This document shows, piece by piece, positions 45,991 to 57,438 of a stretch of DNA of 64,000 nucleotides. A program made the position numbers and the translations under genes. Numbering within the stretch: the first letter of the stretch is position 1; every line of letters starts with the position of its first letter. The stretch lies in contig CAMWJC010000008.1 of NCBI GenBank assembly GCA_947174495.1, forward strand, positions 801 to 64,800, read 5' to 3'. A model generated the notes under the pieces. The model made no database searches, was not told the DNA's origin, and saw only the letters and a program-made list of their open reading frames with translations. The DNA comes from an uncultured Lachnospiraceae bacterium (GTDB taxonomy: Bacteria; Bacillota; Clostridia; Lachnospirales; Lachnospiraceae).

Positions 45991-48300
45991 TTATCTTTTT
46001 ACAGTGGACGCAATGATCTTCATATCACCGCGAAGAGATACCTCTCCAATACCCGCTGGAAGAATAAAGTGATCACCTTTTTTGATCATCTGCCCGTTTA
46101 CCAGACCCTCACCTTCAACTACACTCATGTTCAGGAAAGGATACTTCTGCTCTACCGTCACAGGCTTGGTTACATCCAGCTTCCATACAGTATAGTAATC
46201 GCAGGAAATCAACTCATTCATCACATTCTTTGGAAGGTCGTCTACAAAATGCACGCTGTCCTCTGCGGAAGGCGCCGGAACCGTGATCACATCAATACTC
46301 TGCTTCACGTGAAGCTGACGGGGCTTCCCATCGGTCAGTCTGTCGTAATCATAAACACGGTAGGTAATATCACTGTTCTGCTGAGTCTCCAGAATCATCA
46401 GTCCGCCTTTAATGGCATGAACCGTACCGGGATTAATCTGAATAAAATCACCCTTCTTTACGGGAATCTCCCGAATCAGTTCTCCCCATCTTCCCTGCTC
46501 TACCATATCCTGCAATTCTTCTCTGGTGGCCGCATTATGTCCTACCACCAGTGCGGCGTTCTTCGGGCAGTCCAGAACATACCAGCACTCCGTCTTTCCT
46601 AATGATCCGTTTTCGTGCTCGCCCGCATAAGCATCGTCCGGGTGCACCTGAATACTCAAATCATCCTTTGCATCGATGATCTTGGTCAGCAACGGAAATC
46701 TATCCAGGTCCAGATCTCCAAAGAGCTCTCCGTGCTCCTTCCAAAGCTCTGAAAGTGTCTTTCCCTCATAAATTCCTTCTCTTACCACACAGTCCCCGTT
46801 GGGATGCGCACTGATTGCCCAGCACTCGCCGGTATCGTCGCCGGGAATCTGATAACCAAATTCTGTATTTAACTTATTTCCTCCCCAAAGCATTTGCTTA
46901 AATACAGGCTTCAAAAATAAGATCGGTCTCACCTTTTTATTAATCATGAGTTCCTTCCCGTTGGACTCAATAATTCGTTGATACCAGTAAGCCGAATCCT
47001 TTACAATTCTCTTCTGGGTTGCAAAATCCACATGAACAATTCCGAATCTCTCCGTATATCCTTTATCCCACTCAAAGTTATCAAGGAAAGTCCACAGGAA
47101 GTATCCTCTCACATCCGCACCTTCATCATTTGCCTTCTGAAGAGCAGAAATATACAGATCAAGGAAATTCTGCCTGTTGGGATCATGAACCTGGCCGTCC
47201 AGAGACACATCATCGTGACAGGACATCCCGTTTTCTGTAATATACAGGGGCAGCTTATATCTTTCACACAAGAATTTTACACCCCAATAAAAGCACTCCG
47301 GCGTCACCGGCCAGTTTGCCGCTGTTTTCGGAGCCCCTGCGGGACTGTTAACAAATTCAACCTCTCCATCATCACCCTGTTTGATTATATATCCGTTATA
47401 AATATTCTGTCCCATAAAGTCAAGGGGCTGAGCAATTAATTTCATATCCTCCTCTGTGATCTCAGGGAGATATTCTGCAAATTTCTTTAAACCTTCCTCC
47501 GGATACTTCCCTAGAAATACCGGATCATTAAACCACGCCACATTCCACGTCCAGTTTTCCATTGGCTGATAAAACCCGAACAAAGCCTTTCTTGCCGCTT
47601 CAATATCCTCCGGGCTGTTGCTTGCGGGATATGCCATACTGCAAGTGGGAGCATAACCGATCTTAATAGGACGGCATGCGTATTTTCTCAGATTGATTAC
47701 CGCCTGTCCATGTGCACGGAATGCATTATGGGCAATCTGAAACACATCCTTCTGAGGGAGCTTAAACCCCGGTGCATGAACACCGGATAGATGTCCCAAT
47801 CCCACAAAGCATTCGGGTTCATTTAAAGTAATAAAATATTCACAGACATCCGAAAAGTTCTCTGCTATCACCTTTGCATATTCGCCAAACCACTGAATCA
47901 CTTCCTCGTTCAGCCAGCCTCCCTTATCCTGAAGAGCCTGAGGAAATTCCCAGTGATACATGGTCAGATAAGGCTCTATTCCATTCTTTTTCATCTCCGC
48001 AATCATATCACGGTAAAGCGCAACCGCCTTCTCATTCACCTTACCGATTCCTTCCGGCATCAGCCTCGTCCAGTTTACGGAAAACCGATATGCCTTAATA
48101 CCCAGCATTCTCATAAGCGCGTAGTCTTCCTTATAACGATGCATATGATCGCAGGTCGTATAAGATGTATGTCCGTCTAAAATACGTCCCTCCTCTGTAA
48201 ATGTATCCCAGATACCTTTACCGCAGCCGTCTCCTTCTTCTCTTCCTTCAATCTGATAAGCACTGCTTGCCACACCCCAGACAAAATCATCACGAAACAT
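45991..48300 (-). CDS. Fusion: GH1 beta-glycosidase (N-terminal) + class I mannose-6-phosphate isomerase (C-terminal)
   Basis: GH1 motifs WGVASSAYQIEG, TLNEP, ITENG, DNFEW; PMI motifs LWGG, GECWAISAHP, LSIQVHP, KTECWY, PGTVHA, SDITYRVYDY. Single ORF; start MFRDDF with GGAGG RBS. Confidence 0.93.
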   Translation of the reverse strand: MFRDDFVWGVASSAYQIEGREEGDGCGKGIWDTFTEEGRILDGHTSYTTCDHMHRYKEDYALMRMLGIKAYRFSVNWTRLMPEGIGKVNEKAVALYRDMIAEMKKNGIEPYLTMYHWEFPQALQDKGGWLNEEVIQWFGEYAKVIAENFSDVCEYFITLNEPECFVGLGHLSGVHAPGFKLPQKDVFQIAHNAFRAHGQAVINLRKYACRPIKIGYAPTCSMAYPASNSPEDIEAARKALFGFYQPMENWTWNVAWFNDPVFLGKYPEEGLKKFAEYLPEITEEDMKLIAQPLDFMGQNIYNGYIIKQGDDGEVEFVNSPAGAPKTAANWPVTPECFYWGVKFLCERYKLPLYITENGMSCHDDVSLDGQVHDPNRQNFLDLYISALQKANDEGADVRGYFLWTFLDNFEWDKGYTERFGIVHVDFATQKRIVKDSAYWYQRIIESNGKELMINKKVRPILFLKPVFKQMLWGGNKLNTEFGYQIPGDDTGECWAISAHPNGDCVVREGIYEGKTLSELWKEHGELFGDLDLDRFPLLTKIIDAKDDLSIQVHPDDAYAGEHENGSLGKTECWYVLDCPKNAALVVGHNAATREELQDMVEQGRWGELIREIPVKKGDFIQINPGTVHAIKGGLMILETQQNSDITYRVYDYDRLTDGKPRQLHVKQSIDVITVPAPSAEDSVHFVDDLPKNVMNELISCDYYTVWKLDVTKPVTVEQKYPFLNMSVVEGEGLVNGQMIKKGDHFILPAGIGEVSLRGDMKIIASTVKR

Positions 48301-48322
48301 TTTCTCATCCTCCACTTATAAT

Positions 48323-51300
48323 TTATTTTAAATATTGAAACTGCATCCACTCAAGATCAAAACAGCTTCCCGGCAAAAAGATAAGCTCTAGCTTTCCTTT
48401 CCCTTTCAAAGTCTCCAGCTTAAAAGTCTGCTCACTATAATCCGTACTTTCTTTTGCTTCCACAGCCTGTACAAAGCTTTCTTCGTCTGTGGTAAAGCGA
48501 ATCTGAACCGGGTTAAGCTTCTGATTCGAACGACAAAATAATGTTATTCGATCAGCTCCTCTTTCTCCGAAATCCAGGTTTGTAAATTCCAACGTAACGT
48601 TGTTACCAATCCTTTCAATCTTCCTGTCTCTGCGTTCAAAAGCGTCCCCATAAATACGGTCGCATTCTCCTGCATACAAACGTGCATATGCCTTTTCTAA
48701 CTTTTTGAACCGGATTCCCCTAAGCTGGAACTCATCTCCGGTTACCAGATAAATCTGCGCATTTCCTTTAACACGCCGGCACAATTGATAGGACTGCTCC
48801 TGAAACACCATCCACTTGGGCGGCTTATGATAGAAACAGTCGGAAAGCAGACAACTCCCTTCTTTTTCCGGCTCTCCCTCCCATATCTGAAAGGTAATGG
48901 GATCGTTGGTATTTGCAAATATAAAGAGCTCTATTTCATCCGTACCAAAATTTCCGAAATCCAGACCGGTAAATCCGATCACGCATTTCTTTCTATCCCC
49001 TTCTGAACCTAAAAACCCGATTCCATGGGCAATTCCTTCCCCGCACCCCTCCGTTCGGAATTCACAGAGTCCTGCAGGAAATTCTTCATAAGGACACCGG
49101 TATGCCTTCCCCAGTCCCTCTGCGCACATGGAAATCTCAGACTGTACGCTTACACAGGAACCGCCATTGTTACTAAAGCACCGCAGATGGAAGTCTCCGT
49201 CTCCCACAGCCTGCACCCGGACTTTATTTCCATCCGGCACCAGCCTGACAAAATTCACATCAATCCCTATATCATTAACTGCCTTCCATGTAAGTTCTCT
49301 GTAGCTACTGTTTTCAGGATATATTTTTGCATGAACCCACACGCTGTCATATTCCTTTGTCAGGCTTTTGCTTCCTCGTGCAGTCAGCTCAATCTTTCTG
49401 ACAGGAATATCCTCTCTATTCTGTGCAAGAGCTTTTCCCTCAAATCCTCCGCCGTAGATGGTACAATCACTGTTTTTTTCCAAAGCAGAAATGCCTTCAT
49501 CGACACTCCCAGACACCGCCGAAAGCTTCAGGCTGCAACCAGCAAGTCCCGGCGAAGACAAGTGGATCTCCACATCTCCCGGCTCCACGCTGCTTCCCAC
49601 TACCGCAAGAAGCTTACCGCCAAATAGTCTCCTGCTTATTCCTTTATAAGAATCAAAATCCGTGCTGTCACCGTTATCCAGCCCAAGCAGTCTTCCTGCC
49701 CCTGACACATCTACGTGAATCCGGTTCCTTGCATTCTCCACAGGATTTCCCTGCCCATCATAGACACTGATTTCTACAAAGATAAGATCACGCCCATCCG
49801 CCATAAGCACCTGTTTATCTGCTGTTGCTCTGATCTCGCAGGCATCTCCAAAAGAATGTCGGCTTTTTCTTGCAATCTCTGTTCCATTTTCATCATAGGC
49901 AAGAGCAGTAATCTCTCCCCTCTCGTATGGAACCTTCCATTTTCCGACCTGGTCTCTTCCCTTTTTATGATCAATCTCATGTTTTCCCAGACTTCTTCCG
50001 TTTAAAAACAGTTCCACTAAAGGCGCATTGGAGCACACCTGAACATCAATTTCCTGTCCCTCATTAAAATCCCAATACGGAAATACATGAACCATGGGTG
50101 TCTTTCGATAATCAGTCCACTCCGCCTGAAAAAGATAAAATGAATCCTTAGGAAATCCCGCCGTATCGATCTGACCAAAATAACTATTCTTTGTATCATA
50201 TGGGGTAGATTCTCCAATATAATCAAATCCTGTCCACAAAAATTGTCCCATGGAATATTCCGCATCCCGGTCATCTCCGATGCAGTCTTCATAACTTTTG
50301 GCGCCCCAGCCCGTAATGCTGTTTCCCAGGGCGGAACACTGCTCGTCCACATCCGTAAGCACTGCCTTATCAAGTGGAAAATGATAAATACCTCTGCTTG
50401 ACAATATGGATGCAGTTTCACTACCGTAGATCACCCAGTCTTTATGCTCCCTGTGATGTTCTTCATAAAGATATTCCGAATAATTATAGCCTACACAGTC
50501 AAGCAGCCGGGCACACTTTTTCGGATTTTCCCACTTCATAAAATTAGAACCTAACGTAATCGGCGCATGGTTTCGTTTGTCATATTTTCGCACTGCATCC
50601 CGAAGGTCTTTTGTAATTCTCACTCCGCTATTTTCGTCAAGAGTATCCTGGATCTCGTTTCCAATGCTCCACATCATCAGACTGACATGATTCCTGTCCC
50701 GCCTTATCCATGACTCCACATCCCTCTCATACCACTCAGAGAAGAAACGGGCATAATCATAATCTGTTTTCGGCTTTTCCCACATATCAAAAGCTTCTGA
50801 CATCACCAGAAATCCCATTTCGTCCGTCAGCTCCATGAGTTCCGGCGCTGGCATATTATGCGCTGTCCGGATTGCATTGACTCCCATTTTTCTAAAGAGC
50901 AGAAGTCTCTTTCTTGCCGCTTCTTTTGAAAATGCTGCTCCCAGACAGCCAAAATCATGATGCTCACACACACCATTAATCTTCGTTTTCTTTCCGTTCA
51001 ACAAAAACCCTTGATCCGGAAGAAAATCCATAGTTTTAAATCCGAAGCTTTGCTGCTCGCTTTCTAACAATTCTCCGTTTTTCCAGAGCTCTGTGGTAAG
51101 GCCATAAAGATTTCCTTCTTCAATATCCCAAAGCTGGGGATTGTCTATCCCCGAAAGTTGTTGTGTAAAAACAGCTTCCCCGCCGGGAACTGGAACTGCC
51201 GCTCTTTCATCTCTTGCAATCACCTGTCCGGACATATCATAGATCATCTGCTTAAGAATAAACGCATCCTTTATCGATCCATCACCAAAGCAAATTTCCG

Positions 51301-51814
51301 TATCCACATCCACATGCCAGCGTTTTCCATCTTCCAAAACAGGAGTAATATAGATTCCATCAGATTGGAAATGATCCTTTTTTCGCTTTTTCCACCAGAC
51401 ATTCCTGTAAATTCCGGCTCCTGAATACCACCTTGTATTGGGTGCATGATATACTACCCTCACAAAAATCTGATTGATTCCTCTCGTCAAAAACGGAGTA
51501 ATTTCCAGCTCAAAAGTGGAATATCCATATTTCCATTCCCCCACCAAGCGGTCATTGATAAATACGGCGGAATCCATATAGATGCCATCAAACCGCAGGC
51601 AAATCTCTTCATTTTCACTAAGCTCGTCTACTTCAAATTCTTTGTGATACCAGCCGATACTATCCCGATAAAGATTATGAGCATCATAGATCATCCAGTC
51701 ATGGGGAAGATCGATCTTTTCAAAAAGGGTATTCTCCGGTATGTAGTAATTTTCCTTCTGTAGTTTCTGCTCACAAAATTCCCATCCTGCATTCCACAAT
51801 CTTTTTTCTGCCAA
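48323..51814 (-). CDS. GH2 glycoside hydrolase (beta-galactosidase type) with C-terminal Ig-like and CBM6-like modules
   Basis: LPHDW, RWYSGAGIYR, GVCEHHD, NAIRTAHN, WSIGNE, YGSETAS, WTGFDYIGE; TTG start; no signal peptide. Confidence 0.9.
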   Translation of the reverse strand: MAEKRLWNAGWEFCEQKLQKENYYIPENTLFEKIDLPHDWMIYDAHNLYRDSIGWYHKEFEVDELSENEEICLRFDGIYMDSAVFINDRLVGEWKYGYSTFELEITPFLTRGINQIFVRVVYHAPNTRWYSGAGIYRNVWWKKRKKDHFQSDGIYITPVLEDGKRWHVDVDTEICFGDGSIKDAFILKQMIYDMSGQVIARDERAAVPVPGGEAVFTQQLSGIDNPQLWDIEEGNLYGLTTELWKNGELLESEQQSFGFKTMDFLPDQGFLLNGKKTKINGVCEHHDFGCLGAAFSKEAARKRLLLFRKMGVNAIRTAHNMPAPELMELTDEMGFLVMSEAFDMWEKPKTDYDYARFFSEWYERDVESWIRRDRNHVSLMMWSIGNEIQDTLDENSGVRITKDLRDAVRKYDKRNHAPITLGSNFMKWENPKKCARLLDCVGYNYSEYLYEEHHREHKDWVIYGSETASILSSRGIYHFPLDKAVLTDVDEQCSALGNSITGWGAKSYEDCIGDDRDAEYSMGQFLWTGFDYIGESTPYDTKNSYFGQIDTAGFPKDSFYLFQAEWTDYRKTPMVHVFPYWDFNEGQEIDVQVCSNAPLVELFLNGRSLGKHEIDHKKGRDQVGKWKVPYERGEITALAYDENGTEIARKSRHSFGDACEIRATADKQVLMADGRDLIFVEISVYDGQGNPVENARNRIHVDVSGAGRLLGLDNGDSTDFDSYKGISRRLFGGKLLAVVGSSVEPGDVEIHLSSPGLAGCSLKLSAVSGSVDEGISALEKNSDCTIYGGGFEGKALAQNREDIPVRKIELTARGSKSLTKEYDSVWVHAKIYPENSSYRELTWKAVNDIGIDVNFVRLVPDGNKVRVQAVGDGDFHLRCFSNNGGSCVSVQSEISMCAEGLGKAYRCPYEEFPAGLCEFRTEGCGEGIAHGIGFLGSEGDRKKCVIGFTGLDFGNFGTDEIELFIFANTNDPITFQIWEGEPEKEGSCLLSDCFYHKPPKWMVFQEQSYQLCRRVKGNAQIYLVTGDEFQLRGIRFKKLEKAYARLYAGECDRIYGDAFERRDRKIERIGNNVTLEFTNLDFGERGADRITLFCRSNQKLNPVQIRFTTDEESFVQAVEAKESTDYSEQTFKLETLKGKGKLELIFLPGSCFDLEWMQFQYLK

Positions 51815-51841
51815 TTTTTCCGTACCTTTCCCGCTTTTCCT

Positions 51842-53980
51842 TTAAAGCCTGAACTTTGCTATAGATCTATCCAATTCTTCCGCTTCTCTTCTAAGCTCCT
51901 CTGCTTTCACCGCAAGCTGCCCAATCACTTCTGTCTGCCCGCCGAGGGCCGAAGTAACCTCCTGTGTAGATGCCGCAACCTCCTGTGAAACAGCTGATAT
52001 GTTTTGAATGGAATCCTGAACCTTATCCTTTTCACCCGTGATCTTATCAAGTCTGTTCAGCGTCATGTGAATTCCATCTACAAGCTCGCTGACACATTCC
52101 TGTATCCGTCCAAAAACTTCTACTGTCTGCTGAAGCGCTTTCGCCTGCTCTATTACCATAACCTCAGCTTTTTTCGCTGAATCAGTAGTTTTCTGGGTAG
52201 TATTTCCGATACCGGATACAATGTCCTGTATTCTGTTTCCGGACTCCTTGGACTGATCCGCCAGCTTTCTGATCTCTTCGGCAACAACTGCAAATCCCCG
52301 CCCCGCTTCTCCTGCTCTGGCTGCCTCAATAGATGCATTCAAGGAAAGTAGATTGGTCTGCTCCGCAATACTGTTGATTACTTCCACAAATCCCTTAATT
52401 TCTTCTGAGTTTCTTTCCACCTCGTTAATATTCTCCACCAGCATTCTGGTGAGTGTTACTGTGGAATCACTCTTTTCATTTAACTCCTGTACAATATCCT
52501 TTCCCTGCCCAACTGCTTCAATTGCCCGGTCCGCTGTCTGGCCCATGCGGCTTGTCTGGCCGGTTACCATATTAATATTTTCGGAAAAGACAATCATCTT
52601 CTCATTACTCTTCTCCGTCTCCTGCGCCTGAGTCTGAATGCCCTTCGCCACTTCATCCATGGTTCGCGATGTATTATGAATGGAATCATCAATGTTTTCT
52701 GTGCGCTCCGAAACATCTGCCGCCATTTCCCGCACTTTCACACCAAACATCTGCATATCCTGCATTAAAGTGCGCATGCTCTCCAGCATTTTATTAAGGC
52801 TGGATGATAAAATTCCAAATTCGTCCTGTCTTTTTGTAACAAAGCTATCGCTTAAATCGCCTTCTGCTACCCGGGATATTCCCATGGTCATATTTTTCAC
52901 TTCTCGGCTGATACCAATGGATATTGATCCTCCTGTGACCATAGCCGCCGCTGCTGCTAAAATTACCATAATGATTGTGATTGTACGAATGGCATTGGCC
53001 TGACCCATAAGATTACTTCTGGGAATAAGCGTACAAATCATAATTCCTGTTTTTCCCACCGGAGTTGACAAATATACATATCTTTTTCCAGCTATCTTTA
53101 CATCCGTGCTGAAGGGTTCCTCCAGCTCTTTGGATTTTTCAAAAAAGTCCTGTCCCAAAAAATAAATTTCTTCTATTTCTTCCTCTTCTCTTCCCTGAAT
53201 GGAAACGATCTCTCTTCCGTCTCCGGATACCATCGCACGAATCGTTCCGTCCCCAAAATCCATCTGGGACAGCATATCCATTACAACATTCATATCAATA
53301 TCAAGCACCAGGTAAGAATCACTTTTTGCGAATCTCTGATAAAAGGAAATAGCATAGTTTTTTTCCTGACTATTCAGGTGGCTGTCAATATAACTGTGAT
53401 ACCCCAACCACGCATTTCTGATCGTTTTATTTTCTGTTAAGAACTGACCTTCCGCAGACGCTGTAAAGTCGTCATGGGGATTCTCTGTCATGGATCCTGT
53501 AAGCGAAGTAAGATAAGCTCCACCTTCCGGAATCACGCTGTAACTATATATGTAGCAATTTGTAGCCTTCACATTCCCCAAAAGAGTTTTTGCATTCCTC
53601 AGGGTTTCAATGGCTTGCGCGTCCTGCTTTTTATAATATCTGTCAAAATAATCCGCCGCGTCCCCTTTTCCGATCAGTTCCAAAGCTTTACTGGAAATAG
53701 ATGTACAGATCAGGTTACAGTAATTACCTACAGCGGAAACCGTTGATTCTGCTGACTCCTGATATTTTGAAATCATGCCGGAAGCCGCTGTGTTATAACA
53801 CACTACACCAAGCACGATCATCATGATTACCGGAACCAAAAATCCCATCAATAAGGTCTGCATGATGCTGCGCTTACTGTTACCTTTTACCTCTTTTACC
53901 GCCTGTGCAGTAAATCTGGCCTCTTTCACACGCTTATTCATCTTATCCTTTGCCTTTTTAACTGACTTATCTTTCTCCAT
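51842..53980 (-). CDS. Methyl-accepting chemotaxis protein (2 TM, Cache-like sensor, HAMP)
   Basis: [37 protein letters not shown] signalling hairpin. Confidence 0.95.
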   Translation of the reverse strand: MEKDKSVKKAKDKMNKRVKEARFTAQAVKEVKGNSKRSIMQTLLMGFLVPVIMMIVLGVVCYNTAASGMISKYQESAESTVSAVGNYCNLICTSISSKALELIGKGDAADYFDRYYKKQDAQAIETLRNAKTLLGNVKATNCYIYSYSVIPEGGAYLTSLTGSMTENPHDDFTASAEGQFLTENKTIRNAWLGYHSYIDSHLNSQEKNYAISFYQRFAKSDSYLVLDIDMNVVMDMLSQMDFGDGTIRAMVSGDGREIVSIQGREEEEIEEIYFLGQDFFEKSKELEEPFSTDVKIAGKRYVYLSTPVGKTGIMICTLIPRSNLMGQANAIRTITIIMVILAAAAAMVTGGSISIGISREVKNMTMGISRVAEGDLSDSFVTKRQDEFGILSSSLNKMLESMRTLMQDMQMFGVKVREMAADVSERTENIDDSIHNTSRTMDEVAKGIQTQAQETEKSNEKMIVFSENINMVTGQTSRMGQTADRAIEAVGQGKDIVQELNEKSDSTVTLTRMLVENINEVERNSEEIKGFVEVINSIAEQTNLLSLNASIEAARAGEAGRGFAVVAEEIRKLADQSKESGNRIQDIVSGIGNTTQKTTDSAKKAEVMVIEQAKALQQTVEVFGRIQECVSELVDGIHMTLNRLDKITGEKDKVQDSIQNISAVSQEVAASTQEVTSALGGQTEVIGQLAVKAEELRREAEELDRSIAKFRL

Positions 53981-53997
53981 ACAACGCCCTCGTTTCT

Positions 53998-55119
53998 TTA
54001 CTTAGATCCAATAACAGAAACAAGATAAAAGGGAACCGCATCATCCTCATGCGCTTCGACAATACTGATCTCTACCTTATGTTTTCCTGCCTCCATATGT
54101 CTGGTTATTGTATCAATGTATAAACAATCTCCCCAGTCTTCCTGGAAATTTGCGTCAAGAATAACTGCCTGCTCTTCCCGGTCATCCACTACAACTTTCG
54201 CAATCGGGGCCGGTTTTCTGACAGACTTGCGGTACTGAACTGCCACCCCTGTACCGTCTATCCAAAAGCAGATACGATCGCCAACCTTCCCGGCTGTCCA
54301 TCCACACCGGAAAATATCACGGATATCTTTCTGTGGCTCGGTATCAGCCAAAAACCCGGCTGTCTCCGGATCAGAATTATGATTCTGATATCTCAAGGAA
54401 TTCTCATAGGCATTGGACGTAATTGGATTAGGAAATCCTTCCGCAAAAGGAACTCCCTCCTCCACGCCCATCTCTTCATAGATCTTCTCAAGAAAATCCG
54501 TAATAACTCGTGCTACAAGTTCATGTCCAGCATCATTGGGATGCAGATTATCCGGTGTAATCTCACTGCGCACAATGTTTCCTGCTTCCACTTCCGGCCA
54601 GATGGTGCTCTTCATGCTGACCATGGGAAGATCATAGACTTTTGCCACCGCCAGATGCATCTCTTCCGCATTTTTTCCTTCATCATACTGCACATTATTC
54701 ATGAGAAGAACTGCCGGGTCACTTTTATCTTTACAAATCCTTCTGATCAGACCTTCATAGGTCTCCTGAAAAAATTCCGTATTATCATCATTCACAGCAA
54801 ACTCTACCAGTACAAAATCCGGTTTATGTTTAAGAACATGATCCTCCACCCGGGAAACGCCAAACTGAGAGGTTGTTCCTCCAATACCAGCATTAAGAAA
54901 CGTAATATCCGCCTCCGGGAACTTCTTTTTCCACCAGCTATATACCAGATAGGCATAACATGTTTCCGGTGTGGAAGAAAGGCTTCCCTGGGTAATTGAG
55001 CCGCCGAGAAATCCTGTGGTTATGGCCTCTCCTTTTTTTGCTTTCCTCATACAGTTTTTAATTTTATTCCAGTTTCCCCTGTTTATCATTCCATTTTGCG
55101 TGTGAACCTGATATTTCAT
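53998..55119 (-). CDS. SGNH acetylesterase with C-terminal beta-sandwich (CE17-like mannan acetylesterase)
   Basis: [29 protein letters not shown]; position in a mannan locus; start MKYQVH with GGGAGG RBS. Confidence 0.82.
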   Translation of the reverse strand: MKYQVHTQNGMINRGNWNKIKNCMRKAKKGEAITTGFLGGSITQGSLSSTPETCYAYLVYSWWKKKFPEADITFLNAGIGGTTSQFGVSRVEDHVLKHKPDFVLVEFAVNDDNTEFFQETYEGLIRRICKDKSDPAVLLMNNVQYDEGKNAEEMHLAVAKVYDLPMVSMKSTIWPEVEAGNIVRSEITPDNLHPNDAGHELVARVITDFLEKIYEEMGVEEGVPFAEGFPNPITSNAYENSLRYQNHNSDPETAGFLADTEPQKDIRDIFRCGWTAGKVGDRICFWIDGTGVAVQYRKSVRKPAPIAKVVVDDREEQAVILDANFQEDWGDCLYIDTITRHMEAGKHKVEISIVEAHEDDAVPFYLVSVIGSK

Positions 55120-55134
55120 TATTTTCCTCCCGTC

Positions 55135-55163
55135 AAAAAAGGTCTGCTTACTGCAGACCTTTT
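55135..55163 (-). terminator. Internal terminator-like hairpin between GH130_2 and the CE17-like gene
   Basis: Minus strand AAAAGGTCTGC-AGTAA-GCAGACC-TTTTTT. Confidence 0.7.
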
Positions 55164-55211
55164 CCAAACAAAATCCTCTAATCTCTGCAGAATTCATACT
55201 GATTCATAAAA

Positions 55212-56234
55212 TTATCTTTTTCCAATTTCAGTATCGGATTCTGTCACTACACTGTGTTCCTTGATATATGCCATAATATCCTCAAACTGGGTGAATGCAA
55301 GCCCTACGTAGCTGTCAGCGCATCCATAATAAACCGCAATCTTTCCGCTTTCCGGATCGTGAATAGTCGCGCAAGGGAAGCATACATTAGGAACAAATCC
55401 TCTCTCCTCATACCACTCCTCGGGAGTAAGCAGGAAGTTTTCACATCTGTATTTTACAATGGAGGGATTCTCCAGATCTAAAATTGCTCCGCCAATAGAA
55501 TAAACAAAACCGTTGCAGGTTCCGCTTACGCCGTGATAGAACAGCAGCCAGCCCTCACTGGTCTCAATGGGAGCAGCGCCTCCGCCGATCTTTACAGATT
55601 CCCACCATTCGTTTCCTTTTCCCATTACGTGTCTATGCTTGCCCCAATATACCATATCCGGGCTCTCACTTATGAAGATATCTCCAAACGGTGTATGTCC
55701 GCTGTCCGAAGGACGGCTCAGCATACAGAAATTTCCATTAATCTTTCTGGGGAACAACACTGCATTTCTGTTATAAGGAATAAACGGATTTTCAAGTCTT
55801 GTAAAGGTCTTGAAGTCGGTAGTCTTTGCCATTCCGATAGATGCTCCGTAAAAATCCTGACACCAGATAATATAGTAGGTATCTTCCACCTTAACCAGTC
55901 TGGGATCATATGCATACCTCGGCATAAAAGGCTTTCCTTCTTCATCTACAAAAGGAATTTTATCCTTCTCAATATCCCAGTGGATTGCATCTTTACTTCT
56001 TCCCATGTAAATATAAGGAATTCCGTTGGTCTGCTCGCCCCTGAATACTCCGATAAATTCATCGCCATAAGGCATTACTGCACTGTTGAAAATTCTCGCA
56101 ACACCTTCCACAGGATTTCTTCCAATAATCGGGTTTTCCGTGTATCTCCAGATTGGCGCACCCTTCAGATTAGCCGGTCTCTCCTGCCAGGGTACATTCT
56201 TCACTGCAGGTGCAATCATCTTTAATTCGCTCAT
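55212..56234 (-). CDS. GH130 beta-1,4-mannooligosaccharide phosphorylase (GH130_2)
   Basis: RIFNSAV, YAYDPR, NRNAVLFPRKING, SRPSDSGHTPFG, KIGGG, YHGV, GFVPNVCFP. Confidence 0.92.
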   Translation of the reverse strand: MSELKMIAPAVKNVPWQERPANLKGAPIWRYTENPIIGRNPVEGVARIFNSAVMPYGDEFIGVFRGEQTNGIPYIYMGRSKDAIHWDIEKDKIPFVDEEGKPFMPRYAYDPRLVKVEDTYYIIWCQDFYGASIGMAKTTDFKTFTRLENPFIPYNRNAVLFPRKINGNFCMLSRPSDSGHTPFGDIFISESPDMVYWGKHRHVMGKGNEWWESVKIGGGAAPIETSEGWLLFYHGVSGTCNGFVYSIGGAILDLENPSIVKYRCENFLLTPEEWYEERGFVPNVCFPCATIHDPESGKIAVYYGCADSYVGLAFTQFEDIMAYIKEHSVVTESDTEIGKR

Positions 56235-56254
56235 TCTTTTTCCCTCACAATCTT

Positions 56255-57433
56255 TTATTTGTTTGCATTTAAAAAATCCAAGTTCTTTTTAATCAGTTCA
56301 CATCTCTGTGCTACGCACTCAACAGAACGGAAGGGATCTTTAGGCGTGTTGAATACATAATCGATCAACTTGTCAACATTCGTTACCGCAACATGCATTC
56401 TGGTATCGCTGGATGCATAGTAAATATATACTTCACCGTTATCCTTTGCAATAGCCCCGTTGGTAAATACTACGTTGGATACGTCACCTACCCTCTCTCC
56501 GCTTCTGGGCCCGATAAGGAGTCCCGAAGGTTCTGCAATCACCTTAGAGGGGTCATTTAAATCCGTAGCAAATGCATAAATAACATAACGCAGACCTGCT
56601 GCCGTGTTGCGCACGCCATGCGCGATATGAATCCAGCCCTTTTCCGTCTTGATAGGTACTGCACCTGCTCCGTTTTTGGATTCCGTAATGGTGTGATAAC
56701 GACGGATGCTGGTCATCTTTTCTTCATCGATCACTGCATGCTCGATATCATCACAAAGTCCAAATCCGATACCTCCACCTGATCCGGTCTCAATGAAGTC
56801 ATCCATAGGTCTTGTATAGAATGCATATTTTCCATTTACAAATTCCGGATGGAGCACTACGTTTCTCTGCTGGGGAGAATTCAGCGTGGTGAGATTATCC
56901 AGCCTCTCCCATGTTTTCAGATCTTTTGTTCTAACAATCCCTGCTGCCGCAACTGCTGCCGAGAGATCATTTACGGAAGTATCCTTGCTCTCGGAACAGA
57001 ATACACCGTAAATATAACCATCCTCATGTTTGGTCAGACGCATGTCGTATACATTCGTCTCCTCCGGACAGGTATCCGGAAGTAATATGGGATAATCCCA
57101 GAAACGGAAGCCATCCACTCCGTTATCGCTTTCCGCCACTCCAAAGAAGGACTTCCGGTCGTCTCCCTCAATTCTTGCTACCAAATAAAACTTCCCATTC
57201 AGTTCAATGGCTCCCGAATTCAGTACGGCATTAATTCCCAGTCTCTTCATAAAATAAGGATTGGTTTCAGGGTTTAAATCATATTCCCATGTAGGCGGGA
57301 TATGTTCTCTGGTCAGCACTGGATACTTATATCTGTCATAGATACCATTATAAAAATCTGTATCCACTTCATTCTTCCTGCTTACCAGCGCTTCGTACTT
57401 TTCAAGCACCTGTGCATATTTCTCATGTAACAT
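56255..57433 (-). CDS. GH130 4-O-beta-D-mannosyl-D-glucose phosphorylase (GH130_1)
   Basis: [57 protein letters not shown]. Confidence 0.93.
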   Translation of the reverse strand: MLHEKYAQVLEKYEALVSRKNEVDTDFYNGIYDRYKYPVLTREHIPPTWEYDLNPETNPYFMKRLGINAVLNSGAIELNGKFYLVARIEGDDRKSFFGVAESDNGVDGFRFWDYPILLPDTCPEETNVYDMRLTKHEDGYIYGVFCSESKDTSVNDLSAAVAAAGIVRTKDLKTWERLDNLTTLNSPQQRNVVLHPEFVNGKYAFYTRPMDDFIETGSGGGIGFGLCDDIEHAVIDEEKMTSIRRYHTITESKNGAGAVPIKTEKGWIHIAHGVRNTAAGLRYVIYAFATDLNDPSKVIAEPSGLLIGPRSGERVGDVSNVVFTNGAIAKDNGEVYIYYASSDTRMHVAVTNVDKLIDYVFNTPKDPFRSVECVAQRCELIKKNLDFLNANK

Positions 57434-57438
57434 CGTAT

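Noticed and set aside
55533-56225. 230-aa plus-strand ORF (also 54379-54999, 49025-49627, 40907-41473)
   Set aside because: Antisense shadows of well-supported minus-strand genes.
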